From Zootoca vivipara (lineage: Eukaryota), in assembly GCF_963506605.1 (NCBI RefSeq), contig NC_083279.1:10168001-10232000 (forward strand): 64,000 nt of DNA, given 5' to 3'. A program made the translations under genes and the position numbers. The notes below the pieces were generated by a model that worked only from the letters and a program-made list of their open reading frames with translations, was not told where the DNA came from and ran no database searches. How positions within the stretch are numbered: position 1 is the first letter of the stretch; each line of letters opens with the position of its first letter. Below are positions 23,601 to 37,462 of the stretch, one piece after another.

Positions 23601-26556
23601 TGAATTGCTCTGCTGCTCACATCTCCAGAAGTTCCTAGTTTGCATTTTCTTCTTTTAAAAAACTAACCTGCTTTACCCCTTTTGCGTAAAAGCGGGATAG
23701 TTAACATGTCCAAGATAAAAAGCACTCAGCAGCCACCAAACTCTCCTTCTTTCTCCCAACCACTTTCTGCCCTCCTCTCCCCAATGGCTGCCACTTCCCA
23801 TGCTGAACCTCCTTCTCTCCTGTGCCCTGGAGACCACATATCCAAGGGTGTGTAGAATGCTCAAAACTATAAAAGGCTACTATAGAAAACAAACCTGCTT
23901 TTGCAAATTAGTCAGTTTACTTCTGCTGAATATAATTCCAACCATGTGCTCTTTCAGGTCTGCATCCGAAGTTGCCTTTAGAGGGAAACATTAACATTTG
24001 ATGTGAGCATATGTTCCACGGTTTGATTTTTGTAACACGAAACTTAGAAGAGTTTTGCTTTCCTTACATATGCTGGCATTTACGAAAACAGAATACCTAG
24101 CCAAAATAAATTCGCTGAAGAATATATACACATCACACATTTTCCCCCCTTAAAAAAGAAGAAGTTGTAGATAATACTGTCCTGGTTTTGTCGTAAGAGT
24201 TTAATACTCTATGAAGAACTGAGCTTCCAAGTATGACTTCGACATTAGACAGAATTTTGCATTGGGAGAATCTTATTACAGTGCCATTTTAATAATGTCT
24301 ACTTAGAAGAAACTGTACTCCCATGTAAAGGGGGTCGCTATTGCAGCCAGAGACTTCTGCTTCTACTTTTTTGGGAAATGGTAACATGATTGAGCATTTG
24401 TTTATGTAGGACCTTCTGGCAAGAAGAATCGTAGCTGCTTTTTGCAGGACCTGGATACTGACACAGGAGTTCCTACTGTTAAAGCAATAAAATACTGTGG
24501 AAGTCAAAACAATCTGCTTTACTTGCAGATAGTGCTTCCATGCATCGGCTTCCTAGTGAACTGCTTTTTGCAACAAGAATTAAGAAGAAACTGGGATGTA
24601 GACATGGACTTTAAATAGTGGCTGTTAATCAGAACAAAACATTAATAGTGAGGCTGCTCCAAGGTTCAATAACTGGTGAATCAAAGTATCTGAAATAAAT
24701 GGCTTACTATGAATCTTGCCAAACATTCCCTGACTATTGTTGAAAGTTAAGTAATCCCAAAGAAAGTCTATATTTCTATCATGTATGTAATCATTCAGCA
24801 CTACTAGCAATTTGGCGAAACCACTACTGAATTAAAAGGATAATCTAGGTAAGGGAATTCAGTCCAACATGGCAAAACTCAGAGATTGACAGAACTTTCA
24901 TTACTAGTTTTAGAATCATAGTAATGATAGAATACAAATAAATACATTGTGTACTTTTTCTTCTCCTTCAGGTGAAGACAGCAAAGCTTTTTCTTCTTGT
25001 TCTGGTGTTGGCTCAGCATCTCCAGATATGAGTTTTCCAAAGACCTATTAGAGAATGGATAAAACAACAGTAGAGGTGTTACGTACAAGCTTTTATGCAG
25101 CTGCATTAACCGTTTTAAAATATCTATGTGCAGTTCATAGCAGATACCCAATTGTCAAAAATAAACACATGCATAAAGCTCCCATAGAGTCTTTCATTGA
25201 AACAGCTTCAGATGGAGCTTCAGGGACAGAATTACACAAATTCTTAGATTGTATGCCTAATTTACAGTGCTAAATATGAATTGTTGTGATGCAATTCAGT
25301 GTCTCACCTGAGATGTAATAAGTCTGAAGACCCGCAGCGTCTCAGCTTCACAGTTCCTTTGCTGAGCTACACTTGCTGAGATCTGGCCTGCTATTTTGAT
25401 GCTTTCGCCATCCTTCCATCCCAGCACTTTCACTTGCCTAACTCTGAGAGTGTTCTCTGGTCCCTTTAATTCAATTTTGATGATGTGATTATCTCCACCA
25501 GGAAGCTCACTGGTTACCCAGCCAATATGCCTTGAATCCAAGTCAACCTAGTACACAGGAATGTAAAGACAGATTTGTAAGGTAATGGTGGTAGGGGCAC
25601 ACATACAACTAATGACTTGCCTTTACAAGTAACTAGTTCAAAAGCCAATATTTAATAGTCTGATTCACGCATCCACATTCAACAGTTGAGGGCTGGCATG
25701 TGTGAATGGCTTATCACCACAGACAGAGCTTTCAAACCAACCAATGTCAACCCAAAACAACTGTTAATATTAATTAGATTAAATATGCACCTCCCCCCCC
25801 TCCTTTGTACACAGGACTGGGCAATTTAAAACTGTAACAGTATTCAGCTTCTGCAGCCATCTGATCCTTTATTATAGGCACGTATAAGGGACAAAATGCA
25901 AAACATAAGGAGGTGGAAGGCATTTGTTCATTTCCCACATGTCTATTTGTTTCTTCCAGAGACATAGTACAAATATGATCCAAGGGTATCTAATGTTCAG
26001 TTATGGAGATTTTGTAAAACAAGTCCCTTGAATGGCATGTTAAATACATATTACTCCTGCAAAGAAGCCAGATAGAATGAAAGATTTCTGCCACCACCAA
26101 TATGCTGTGCCTAATGGTAATCAGATCCTATTACATAATCGGCATGCTTGATAGAATTTTGATGCTATCTTATTTATACTTGTTTTCATTGAGCTGTTCT
26201 ATGTATCACACTTTTACTGTATGTTTTTTAAAAAACATCTATTAATGTTGTTCACTGCTTTCAGCCCGGACACTGAGATCCAGTGCCGAGGGCATTCTGG
26301 CGGTTCCCTCATTGCGAGAAGTGAGGTTACAGGGAACCAGACAGTGGGCCTTCTAGGTAGTGGCACCCGCCCTGTGGAATGCCCTCCCATCAGATGTCAA
26401 GGAAATAAGCAGCTATCCTATTTTTAAAAGACATCTGAATGCAGCCCTGTTTAGGGAGGTTTTTTATATTTAATGCTGTATTGTTTTTAACACTCGATTG
26501 GGAGCCGCCCAGAGTGGCTGGGGAGACTCAGCCAGATGGGCGGGGTATAAATAATA

Positions 26557-26598
<42 letters not shown>

Positions 26599-29500
26599 AA
26601 CAGCAGTATACAAAGCAACTATAACATTCCAACTAGTACCATACATTCTTTAAGAATTAAGATGCACTCTTCTTCATAATTAAACTAGTTATTTACCTGC
26701 TTTATTCTGCAAAGATCTTCTACAGTCTTGCCTGTTAAAAAGGTCATTGAAGTCACTTTGTTCTACAGATGACAGAATGAAACAAAAACAAAAAGAAGTT
26801 TTTAAATGTGTTGATAAGACTAACAACACAGCTTAAAGTGCAGGACATGAATATATGTAATTTTATGAAACTAGATAGTGAAGAAAAGCAGAGCTGTGAT
26901 AGCCAAACAACTTTAGAGTTCAGCATTTTCATGTGGGTCGGCTCACATGTTTAAATCAACTGAAGCTATCAATTCTATAATTTGTCAACTCACTTCTGTA
27001 GGTCTGCACTATATGCAGGATGATGTATAAAGGATTCTCCTTTTGAATTCACGATCCCTGCATTTCTAAACCAAGGATTTAATAACTCAATCCGATGGGT
27101 TGTATTCAAAGTAGTAACTAAATTAAAGTAACTTAGCAGCATGCTTGTTCCACTGGTGAAATGCTTCATGACAGTGGTAGACTGTTGTGCAAGAATATGC
27201 ATGAACAGGTTTGCTGGTAACTTCACTGCACAATGCATTTACAATAGTGCAACTGTGGCATTGGACTGCTCTGTTGCACAACATTAAAATTCACCCATCC
27301 ACTAGCTCAAGAGCCCTTGCGGAAGTGGACAGAGAATGTTTGATACAGCGTGATCTAACTCTATTTTATAACTACACTCTCTACAGCAGTGCAAATTTAT
27401 GAGAACACACAAGTTCTGCTATTCTTTGTTTCAACAAAATTCATGTAGAAATATGACACAGAATATGATTTACCCCAAGATCCCGTGAGTTGTCAACATG
27501 GACAGACACATAGCGAGCATTAACTCCTTTGACACAATTAATGGTAATGTTTTTAGTCTTATTTTTATCTTCATCTCCAGATTCCCAGAAGGTTTCTGTT
27601 GACCCATCTGTCAAACTACCAATCATGGCTGGGCGACTTGACGTTTTAATATCCACGATGCTGGTTAAGTCTTTTAGACAAATCACTATACATGATTCCT
27701 GTCAAAACAGTGGAGTTTCCAGAGTCAAAGAGGTAAAAAAAACACAAGCAAAAAAAGCATGTCACTCCTGTGGTACAAACCATTCTTTCTTGATTACTTT
27801 AAATGAAGGGCAGGTATGAAATGAGACAGGGATTTTGAGTTTGAAGGTTCTCTTTAAAAAGTAAAGTAAGAATAAAGACACTGATTCTATTAACATGTGT
27901 ATAGACTAGACAGCACATCCAAAAATCAGATGCAGCTATCTGACACCATTTAGCCACATATCACAACCTGTATTTCCTCCCATAGGTTTACACCAGAGGT
28001 TTTCAACCTTTTTAAGTCCACAGCTCCCTTGACCAACCACATTCTTTCTGCAGCACCCCTGTGGGGCTCAGGAGCCCAATTATGTCACCCCTTGCCTGCA
28101 GAGCTGGCAGCCTCTCACCCTTTTTCGATCACCCTCCCTTGTGCGTGTTCCCTCAGCCTCCTCTCCCCTCTCCTTGTGAGTCCTGGTCTCTGAGCTTCAC
28201 CCCCCCTCCCCAAGAGAGGTGCCTCCCAGAGGCACCATTTGCCTATGGAGCTTTTAGCCAGGGCTGCTACAACAAACGGCTGTGCAAGCCTTTGGGAGGC
28301 AGAGATGCAAGAGGCCATCAGAGGATGGGCACCCCTGACCATCCTTCAAGGCACCCCAGACTGGTTGAAAACCGCTAGTCTACACAAATGAGAAATATCA
28401 ACTTGTGAAACTTCTGAAACTTTTTAAAGTGACTGTATGCATTTCTGATTAGTCAGATATGCTCATCTATTCTATTGCCTCCATGGAAACTTGGGAGATA
28501 CGACTTACCTGACTAATAGCTTCAAGGCCAGACTGGATACTGATACTAAAGCTTTCTTCACTGTCTCCATCATCAGATTTGGACAGAATGTTGTTAATGT
28601 GGTGAAAGACATTGCTCTGGTGCAGAAACTGGTGATCCGATTGCTTGAATTTGAGGCTCCAGCATCTGAAAAAAAAAGTTAATAACCACCCTTTTCCAGT
28701 TTAAATGCATCCAATGAACCAAATGGAAAAAAAGGCTTTATATACAGGTATATGTTTACTTTCCCTCTGCTCAATTTTTAAAGGAGATTTTCTGTATCTA
28801 GCACCTACCTCAGAGCCATCTGTTGCAATGAACTTCCACTTGGGAGAGACATCATGAGGTCAGAGATGGTCTGTAGCAAACGGTGGAAAGTATGGGGCAA
28901 AGGATGAGCTGCTTCACCAGCAATCACTATGTCGGACAATGGATGCTCACAGACTCTTGTATCCTTTTCCTGAAATTCAAATTGCGTAAGTTACATCTGA
29001 ACAGCTGCCCTCTTGAAGTAAGGGCACACTCAGTCTAGCTGTTCTCATTATGTTAACCATCTGAGGCTCTATTACAATAAGAAAAAAAGCTTTCAAAATT
29101 GTATATGCATAACTTAATAAAATTAATAGGCGTCTGCTTAATTACACACCCACATATATTGCAACATGATAGTTTGTTTTTTTCTGCACTGCAATTAAGA
29201 TGAGGACTCTGACAAAAGTCACGTGATTTAGCTTACGGTTCTGATCAATATTAAGTCAATATTCTTTCTATTTTTTATTTTAGTTTTGTCTTATATAGAG
29301 AATGCTATCTATTTTATGCTTTGCTGGTATAAATTGGTCATTTGTCACAATAAATTCAGATTAAAAATAATCAAAACTACTTTTCTTACAAATGTTGTAA
29401 CCTGCCTGTTAAACAGAAAACTGATGAAATTCTTATTTACAATGGTACCTCGACTTACGAAGACGATCCGTTCTGTGGTCGCCTTCGTAAGTCGAGGTTT

Positions 29501-32500
29501 GCGGTTGTCAAAGCGCCGCTACGGTTCATATGCGAAGTGCGTTTTTGCGCTTCTGCGCATGTGCCAACCGTGCGCGCCGCTTTGCGCAGGCGCAGAACGC
29601 GCATGCCGGGAGGACTTCCAGAGGCTTTGACTTCGGAAGTCGAAACCTTCGGATGTCGAGGTATGACTGTATTTATTTTTAATCTTCACTGAAACACTGT
29701 GTTCACAGGCATTATAGTCTGCTGAGATAATATTAGGTGATTGGGTGATGCACTTGGTTCCATAGTACATCAACACAGTGAACTATAAGTTGCAAGCACT
29801 TCAACTTACTTGCTCAGCATTTTCTTTGTTTGCTTTGTTCTCTTCATCCTCTTCTTCCTCTGGCTCCACAGGGGCAGGAGTCAGAGAAGCCACAAAATGC
29901 CACAGAATATCGTGAAGAGATGTTGTTTGAATGACATTGCAGAGAAGCCAGTTAAAAGCCTAGAAACATAAAAGTTGAGAAGTTTAAGTGCAGAGGAAAA
30001 CTGGAGGGGCGATTCCAAATTTTAGAGGATGCAATAGTATTTTGTAGAAAACACGTGCAGTTTGTGCAATCCATGATAGAAAGACAATCTAGACACATGT
30101 AGGGCACTGTTATTATTATTTTTACAGACATCTGCAGTTAGCTGGCTGATGATGTAGTAGTAGTAAGAAAAACAGAAAACCTGTCATGGGAGTGACAGGT
30201 GTTGAACTGAAATGCAAGTAACTGCATAAACTGCATGTACTGGTTGTTAGTCACATTTAGAGAAAAGTCAGTACAGTGGAACCTTGTGTTACGGACGATT
30301 CCGGTACTTCTGGGTTGCCGCGGGACGCAAGATGAAAACACGCAACCTGAAGCGGACGTATCATGAGGTTTGACTGTATTCTGATAGCAATGTATGTGCA
30401 ACTAAGGCAGCTAGCTATACAGAGGAACCAGAAATAGATGGCATTCTAGATACCTTAACCTAGCACACTTAAGCAAGTTTACTCAGAAGTTAGGTCCAGC
30501 TGCCTACATTCACACATCATGATAAAACACTTTGGAAAAAATGCTATGACCAAGAGAATGAATTACTGATGTGACACTGATTCGGATGATAATTAAGGCA
30601 CTAAATACCTCCATAGCAAACACCCGGCAAGCTGATTTTCTTAAAGCTTGTTTCATTGCAATTTCAAGTCCCTCCAAGTCATGATGTTGGATTACAAATG
30701 CCAGAACAGGCCATTGGAAATTTCTCTCTCCTTTGGAAAGAGAGCTGTGGGCGGAGATTAACCGAGAAAGTTCAGGAGATGGATGTCTCAGGAGAGAGGA
30801 CCCCACTTCTATTTAAAAGCATAAAAATACATACATATTAGAGAGTTAATAATATACTAAGAAGGTTAGTGTCTTAGTATTAATTTACTGAAAGCAGAAA
30901 CTTGTACAAATAATCTGACGTACCACTTAACGCTAAACATTACTTGTTGGTTATACTGAATGGGTATCTTAATTCTCAGGCAAACAGTTTGGCTGCAACC
31001 TTTTACATTCATCAGATATTACACTTTGGATGTTCTGGCTCAGACAGACACTGCTTTTGGATGTGCTGTGCAGAAAGCTGAACACTTAAAAGGGGGGGTG
31101 TCCATTGTGCATAATGGTGAAGGGGCTCACTGAATCAATACTGACCAAAAATAAAATTAAATGCCAAAGAAGAACACCGTAGGGAGAAAATAAAGAAACA
31201 AATGAAGAAGAAAAATGGGCCTAACTCATACTCTTTCAAAAGAAAAGCTTTTCCTGAAGCTACTAAGGTGAGGGCCAAGATGGAAGGAAGCAAGAAGGCA
31301 CCAGCCATGTCTCTTTGAGAACGTGTTGTGATGACTGGGGGCAGTCTTCATGCCAAAGCCTCTGCCACTTAAAACTAGAAAGTTCTGATTGGTGCTCTGC
31401 ACCAAAACTCATATTTGGGATTGCACTGAAACCACTAAGAAGCAAAGTAGCATATAGTAAAATATTTTCACAGCTGGCAAAGTTTAAAACCTTACCTGCA
31501 TCTCCACTGTTGACTCTCCTTCTGGGGATAGCCTTTACTCGTGCAGGTAAAATGGAATGTTGTTTATCATATTCCGATGCAACGACTGAATACGACCTTT
31601 GAAAAACTGTGCGCTTTGCTAAATCTGTATCTGTGATGGGACTAGTCTCTAAACTAGAAAGATGACAGTGCATTAATTAACACCTTTATAGGTATATGCA
31701 TTTTAGCAACCCAATAATTTAAGTATATCTCCTAGTAACAAACAGGGGGAAAGCTCGTGAGTTCTATCAACCATTTCTTGCTCCTGGATTTCTAAGGTTT
31801 CCAAAACAGATTTCAGTTTAGGAGTGAACCCTGATTAGCATTAACCATTGTGCAGAAATGATCACATACTGTGGTTAAGAGGCTTTTGCATGGAAGAGGG
31901 CTTTAATTCAGGGATGGGAAGCATTATGTCTGTGTTGGTCCACAGAAGAAAATTAAAAACTATCTTGCAAATTCTAAGATGTTCAGCAGCAGGGTTTAAG
32001 CTTATCTAGAATGAAACAATCAACAGCCCTATTTCTGACAAAATTATAGACTCTATAAACCTTTTAAGAGTTTTTATGTCAGACATTACATTACCATTTT
32101 TACTAGATTACCAGTACCCTAGATGAAAGCTCATGAAGGTTAGGGCAAGAAATCAGAGTTTCTTCTTGAGCTTATAAAAAAGGTGGTAAACATAAATTAT
32201 TCTTCACACTATCCTTGGTTTCAGTAAGTATAATAAGATGGTCTCTTGATGCTTTTTTTTCAAAGTAGTGTTATAAAGAATTGCAAACAAATAAAGAAAT
32301 CACAGTTTAGCAGCACACCAACACATACTAACATACACATTGGAATACCTTGGTGGCATGGATTTCATGTTACTTTCTGGCTCCTCAAAGACATTAGGAC
32401 TGGCATCAGGAGTAACAGATATATAAGGTGCAGGTACTGAAGTTGAGCGCAAATACCTCATCTCATCCTGAAAGAGGTTGTCGTCTTGATAGCCAACAAA

Positions 32501-35500
32501 GTTTTCATGATGATGTCTGAAAAGAATTAGACGCCACATGTTATGTAAAGCCAGGGCTTATTTGGTCCAGTCAGTCATCAACCAATCATCTCATAAACCA
32601 AACAAAAAATGATATATTACTATCATTTTGCCTAATGGTTACCTAAACACACCTGGGACATTGTATTTCAACTAACTGTCCAAAGACACTAGCTCGTCAA
32701 AAGCATACCACCACACAGGCTAAATGCCTGTACATTTAAGTTCTGATTAATCTTGGAAGCTTTCTAAATTATTGTCTCCTTTTACAACTCCCCTTTTTCC
32801 TAATTTGAGAGGTAAAGGCTGGGTGGGATGACAGGCTGAGCAACAAGTCAGCAAGGTTCAAAATACACAAACCTTGCAAGTGCCATCTGAATATGCACCC
32901 TTTTCCAAGGAAGGGAGGTTCAGCAGCAGGACTTCCAGCAAAGGATCTTACCTGGAAATTCAATAAGATCTCTGGAAAGAATCCAGCTGCTTCTCTTTGT
33001 GGAAGCAAAGACAAAATGGACTCCAGCCATAATCTGTTACTTCCAGTATAGTCTATTTTCTTATGAGATTTTACATTCTATATCTTCGGAGGATATTCAC
33101 TCCATCGTGCCCAATGAACTCTTAAAGTGGTCTGAATGCTATGTGATTGTGCGTGCGCGCACACACACAAAGTTCAGTACTGCAAACAGGCTTCTTAAAG
33201 CACAGACATCTAAAGGAACATCAGACACTCAGAAATGAGCTAGATCTCTTTGGAAGAGCATTGACTGAAAGGAAGGTAAATATAGTAAAAAAATCATCAA
33301 GACAGTTAACATGTGCTTTTAAAAACTTTAAAACCCACCTGCAGCCATGCTTGAAAGAGCTGAATGTTATTTACTGAAAATAATCTAACACACACAAAGG
33401 TAATGATTATAATTAGTGATTCCAATTAATTAACAGATTGCTTCTTTAAACTAGGAATCCTTGCCCTAATAGCAATAATGATTACCCTTAACACCAATAC
33501 AGTAAATTTTGAGTTTTAAAGTTATTGCTATCTCAAGACAAAGTAAATGCATTTTAGAAAAGCAGAGTTATTAATGGTATTAAGGCACATTTGGGAGGGG
33601 GTCAATATGTGTATTTGTTTATTGTTACCTTGCTAACGTCTGAAGATAGAGACAAGTCATTTTAACAGGGAAATCCTCCGAGATGCCTTCCTTGACGCTC
33701 GGAAGCTGTGACTGGAATGGTTTGGAAGGGTGGTAGCACAGAATACTGGGCTCAGCTGCACTGCTCAAGGCCAGCAAGAACAATGCATTTGCTTTGATCA
33801 CTTGATGGGCTTCCATAGTGGGCAAGGCACGAGGTGTCTTAACTTGCATTGGCTTTCTCCTAGACTGTTTGACCTACAGGGAGACAAATAATGCTTCTTC
33901 GTGACCATGGCAGTGGGACTTCAGGGTCAAACAAGAGGGAACAATACCCTTGCTACGCACTGCAGCTTTAGCTCACCTTATACCAGAGCTCCACTGCTTA
34001 TACTTCATCCCTTCTTCACTACTCAACCAGCATGTGCAATTGAAAGTGGAAGTTTGCTTCATGTGAACTTCTATTCCTAGTATCACATAGAGGGCAATCT
34101 TGGCCTCTCAGGATAGCATCTCCCTCGGGCTTAGAACAGCTTATATGCCTTTGTAAGAAATTATTCTTGCATTCCACAGATACAACACAGAATTGATAGC
34201 AGAACCAGCAACCCCTACTATAAATGCATAGTTTTCTCTCTTTCAGTGTCACATGTGGAAAATGGGAGCACTGAGAATTCAGTACACCCAAATGTGACAG
34301 TTCTGTGACTGTGGCAGATGACAAATGCAGGTCTAAGGATCACATTCTTTTCCCAATTTTGACTTTTTGATTTTAGCCCAGTAAACAGCAGTATTGCAAG
34401 TAAGTTCATTAAACTTACAAGCCCACATTTTGTGTGATCGTTAGCCACTGTCTTGCTTGCCATACTTCTATTTCAGTCTTTTAATGGCATGGGCAGCCTG
34501 AAAGAACTATTTTCCAACTTATAAAAGCTTGCTTTCCTGGTCTTCTGAAAGCAATTCATACAAACAGTCAAGGAAACAGACATTTACAATCTGGATGTAA
34601 GGTATGCACGTGAAGTGCAGTATTAGATGCAAGATGCACTTTCTGCAACCCCAAAGCCCAGCGAGTTCTTAGACTTCCAGGTACAGTAGGGAATAATGCA
34701 TGCAGAACACACCTAGGTTGGTGTAAGGCAGGCATCCCCAAACTGCGGCCCTCCAGATGTTTTGGCCTACAACTCCCATGATCCCTAGCTAACAGGACCA
34801 GTGGTCGGGGAAGATGGGAACTGTAGTCCAAAACATCTGGAGGGCCGAAGTTTGGGGGTGCCTGGTGTAAGGAGAACAAAGGTACATTATTCCTAGAGGG
34901 CATTCCTGCAGAAACTCCACAGTCTTGCTATAGAAAGCAAGAAACAGATTAGAAATACCTTTTCTCTTGCTGCTGCCTGCTTTTCACGGAGGTATTTTTC
35001 TCTGCACCGATCACAGACTAGGTACCATGTGCTTCCTCCTATGCCACCATCGCCACAATTGCCAGCCCATCCTCCACAGAAGTGTCCAATGCTGTTATAG
35101 CCTTGTCCACCAGCGTAGCGGCCACAACCTTAAAATAATGAAATAATAAAATAATGAAGTCATGTTTAATAGTAAGCTCTAAATTCATTATTTGGTTTGT
35201 CTGGCTATATAGTCAGAGAGAGCTGAGTCTTCAAAGCAGGGGTTGCAAACCTTTGGCCTGTGAGCCAGGTGTGGGGCAGACAGAGACGTGGCTAGGTCAG
35301 CTGCAGAGCTGAGTTCCCTAATCCTACGGAAAGCAGGGTTGAAATCACCATGCATCAGCTGATGTGCAGTAAAGTTCAAGTCTGAGGTATCTACTGCAAG
35401 ATCACAATGTAGTGATCAAAAGGTGTGTTGTCCCTCCTACCCAGTTCAGGTCCCCACACCCATACAGATCCCACATTTTTTTGGTTTTTACATGAACAGG

Positions 35501-37402
35501 GTGAACACATGATGAAACAAAACACGACTGCTGCCACCATGTCTATAGTTTAGCTATCAAACACCTCTGGGTCGGTTCCCATTCTCTTTGCCATATGCAG
35601 CAAGGGTCCTTTGCCTGATGCAAAAAAAAAAAATCACTTTTGTGAAATGAGCATCTTACCTGGATGAGCTTGTCTCATGTGGTACGTCACTGGGTATGGG
35701 TGGGATTCCCCACACAGTTCACAGATGGTATCTTTCTCTGGTCCTCCCACTGCAAGCTGAGCCATTTCACCAAAGAGATTTCCCCTCGGTCTGGCCTCCG
35801 CTTTTTCTTTCTTCTTCTTTTCCTTTTTGGACTTCTTGCCATCTTTGTCGCTTTCTTTCTTCTTCAACACAGCACAGGACCCGGGGCTTGGAAAAATCAT
35901 GTTCTGAGAAGCTGCCTTGATTGTTGCCAGAGAAATGTCTTCCCAGAAGGCTACCAGGTGTTGAAGGGTTAAAGGAAGAGGAGACTTGGACTTCATAGGA
36001 TGGTGACTGGTAGTTTCAAAAGAGGTAGCTTCACTTTTTCCATCCTCACATCGTTCATGAAGAGGAGGCTCTTTGAGCATAGAGAGGACCTTGTTTTTGT
36101 TTATGCTGCCCATTTTTGATATGTCAGGCCCATGAGGGGCTATGTTAAACATATTCAGAGCAGAAGATATTTCCAGGGAATGTCTATTCTTCAGCTTGGT
36201 TTCTTTCTCCTCTGCAGGCTGTTGGCCAAGATTGCTTCTAATGGGTGCGTGCTCCTTCGAAAGTTCCGGGTTGAATTTCAAAAAAGACGAGCAGGCCATT
36301 GCATCATGGACTATTCCTTCATGCCACAGGAAAGAAGCAAAGACAGCCCGGGCACATTCAGCCACAGACGGAGACATTGCTTGTTTGGCGGGCTCTACTG
36401 GTCTGGAGCCATCGCCTTTGAAAAGGCACACTGACTTTTCCTTTTTGGGTCTTGTATGCCTATTTGCACATTTGCGGCTCACTTTGGGAGATGCTCTCGT
36501 GTCTTGCTCATCTTTCAGCGGCGCTTTTCCTATGCTGAAATGAACTTTGTTTGAGCAATCGTCCACGCTCTTGAATTCAGAGTTATCTTCACAAGTACTG
36601 TCTGTAATGCTATTGGTCTTTAAGGTACTGGAAGTACAGACTTCAACAACTTCACTGTGAAGGTTTTCTTGCACAACGTGAGGGGAAGGGGCTCGGTTTT
36701 CGGTTTCAGCCGCAGGTTTCCCATCTTTCGAAACAATTTTTGGTTTGGGAGACGTGGACCTTCCCCTCAGTGGTTCTGTTAGGGGTGCTTTCTTTTTGCG
36801 GAGGGTGTCTGGGTCAAGTGTGTATGAATCTGACTTAGATCTCTCCCGAGGTGGATCAAGCTTTGTTTTCACTGGGGCTGAAGGTTTCTGAGGCAGGGTC
36901 TTCTCGTGAGGAGATGAGGAACGGCGAGAACCGACACCAGATGTGCAAGATTTCCCTGCTGAGATAGTCTTTGGAGAAGAGGATCGAGTTCCTGGCCCTG
37001 GAGATTCTGCCCTCAGACCAGATGTTGTCCTTCCATCAGATTTTAAGGTTTGCAGAGTGTTGTGGTTTGGAGATAATGATCTGCTGTGTGAATCTGACCT
37101 CAGCTTTGCAGTGTCAGATTTTAGCATCAATGATTCGCTCGCAGATAAGCTTTCTATATTCCTGGGCTTCTTCTGATCTGTAGCTTGGTGGCTCATACGG
37201 CTATCAGGTTTAGATGACCTGCTGTCCGCTCTGTACTTCGATGCCATATCGGATTTCCCTGCTGGAGAAACTGGTCTAGCAGCTGCAGTGAAATTCACTC
37301 TGTCACCTGTATGGCACATTTTAGAATGACATTAAAGGGAAAGTGCTCATTTATAATACAAAAGATCACAACGCAGGATAGGAGTAGAGAATGGTATTAT
37401 AC

Positions 37403-37462
<60 letters not shown>

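Noticed and set aside
35664-37183. Plus-strand ORFs opposite the large exon
   Set aside because: Antisense shadows of coding sequence.
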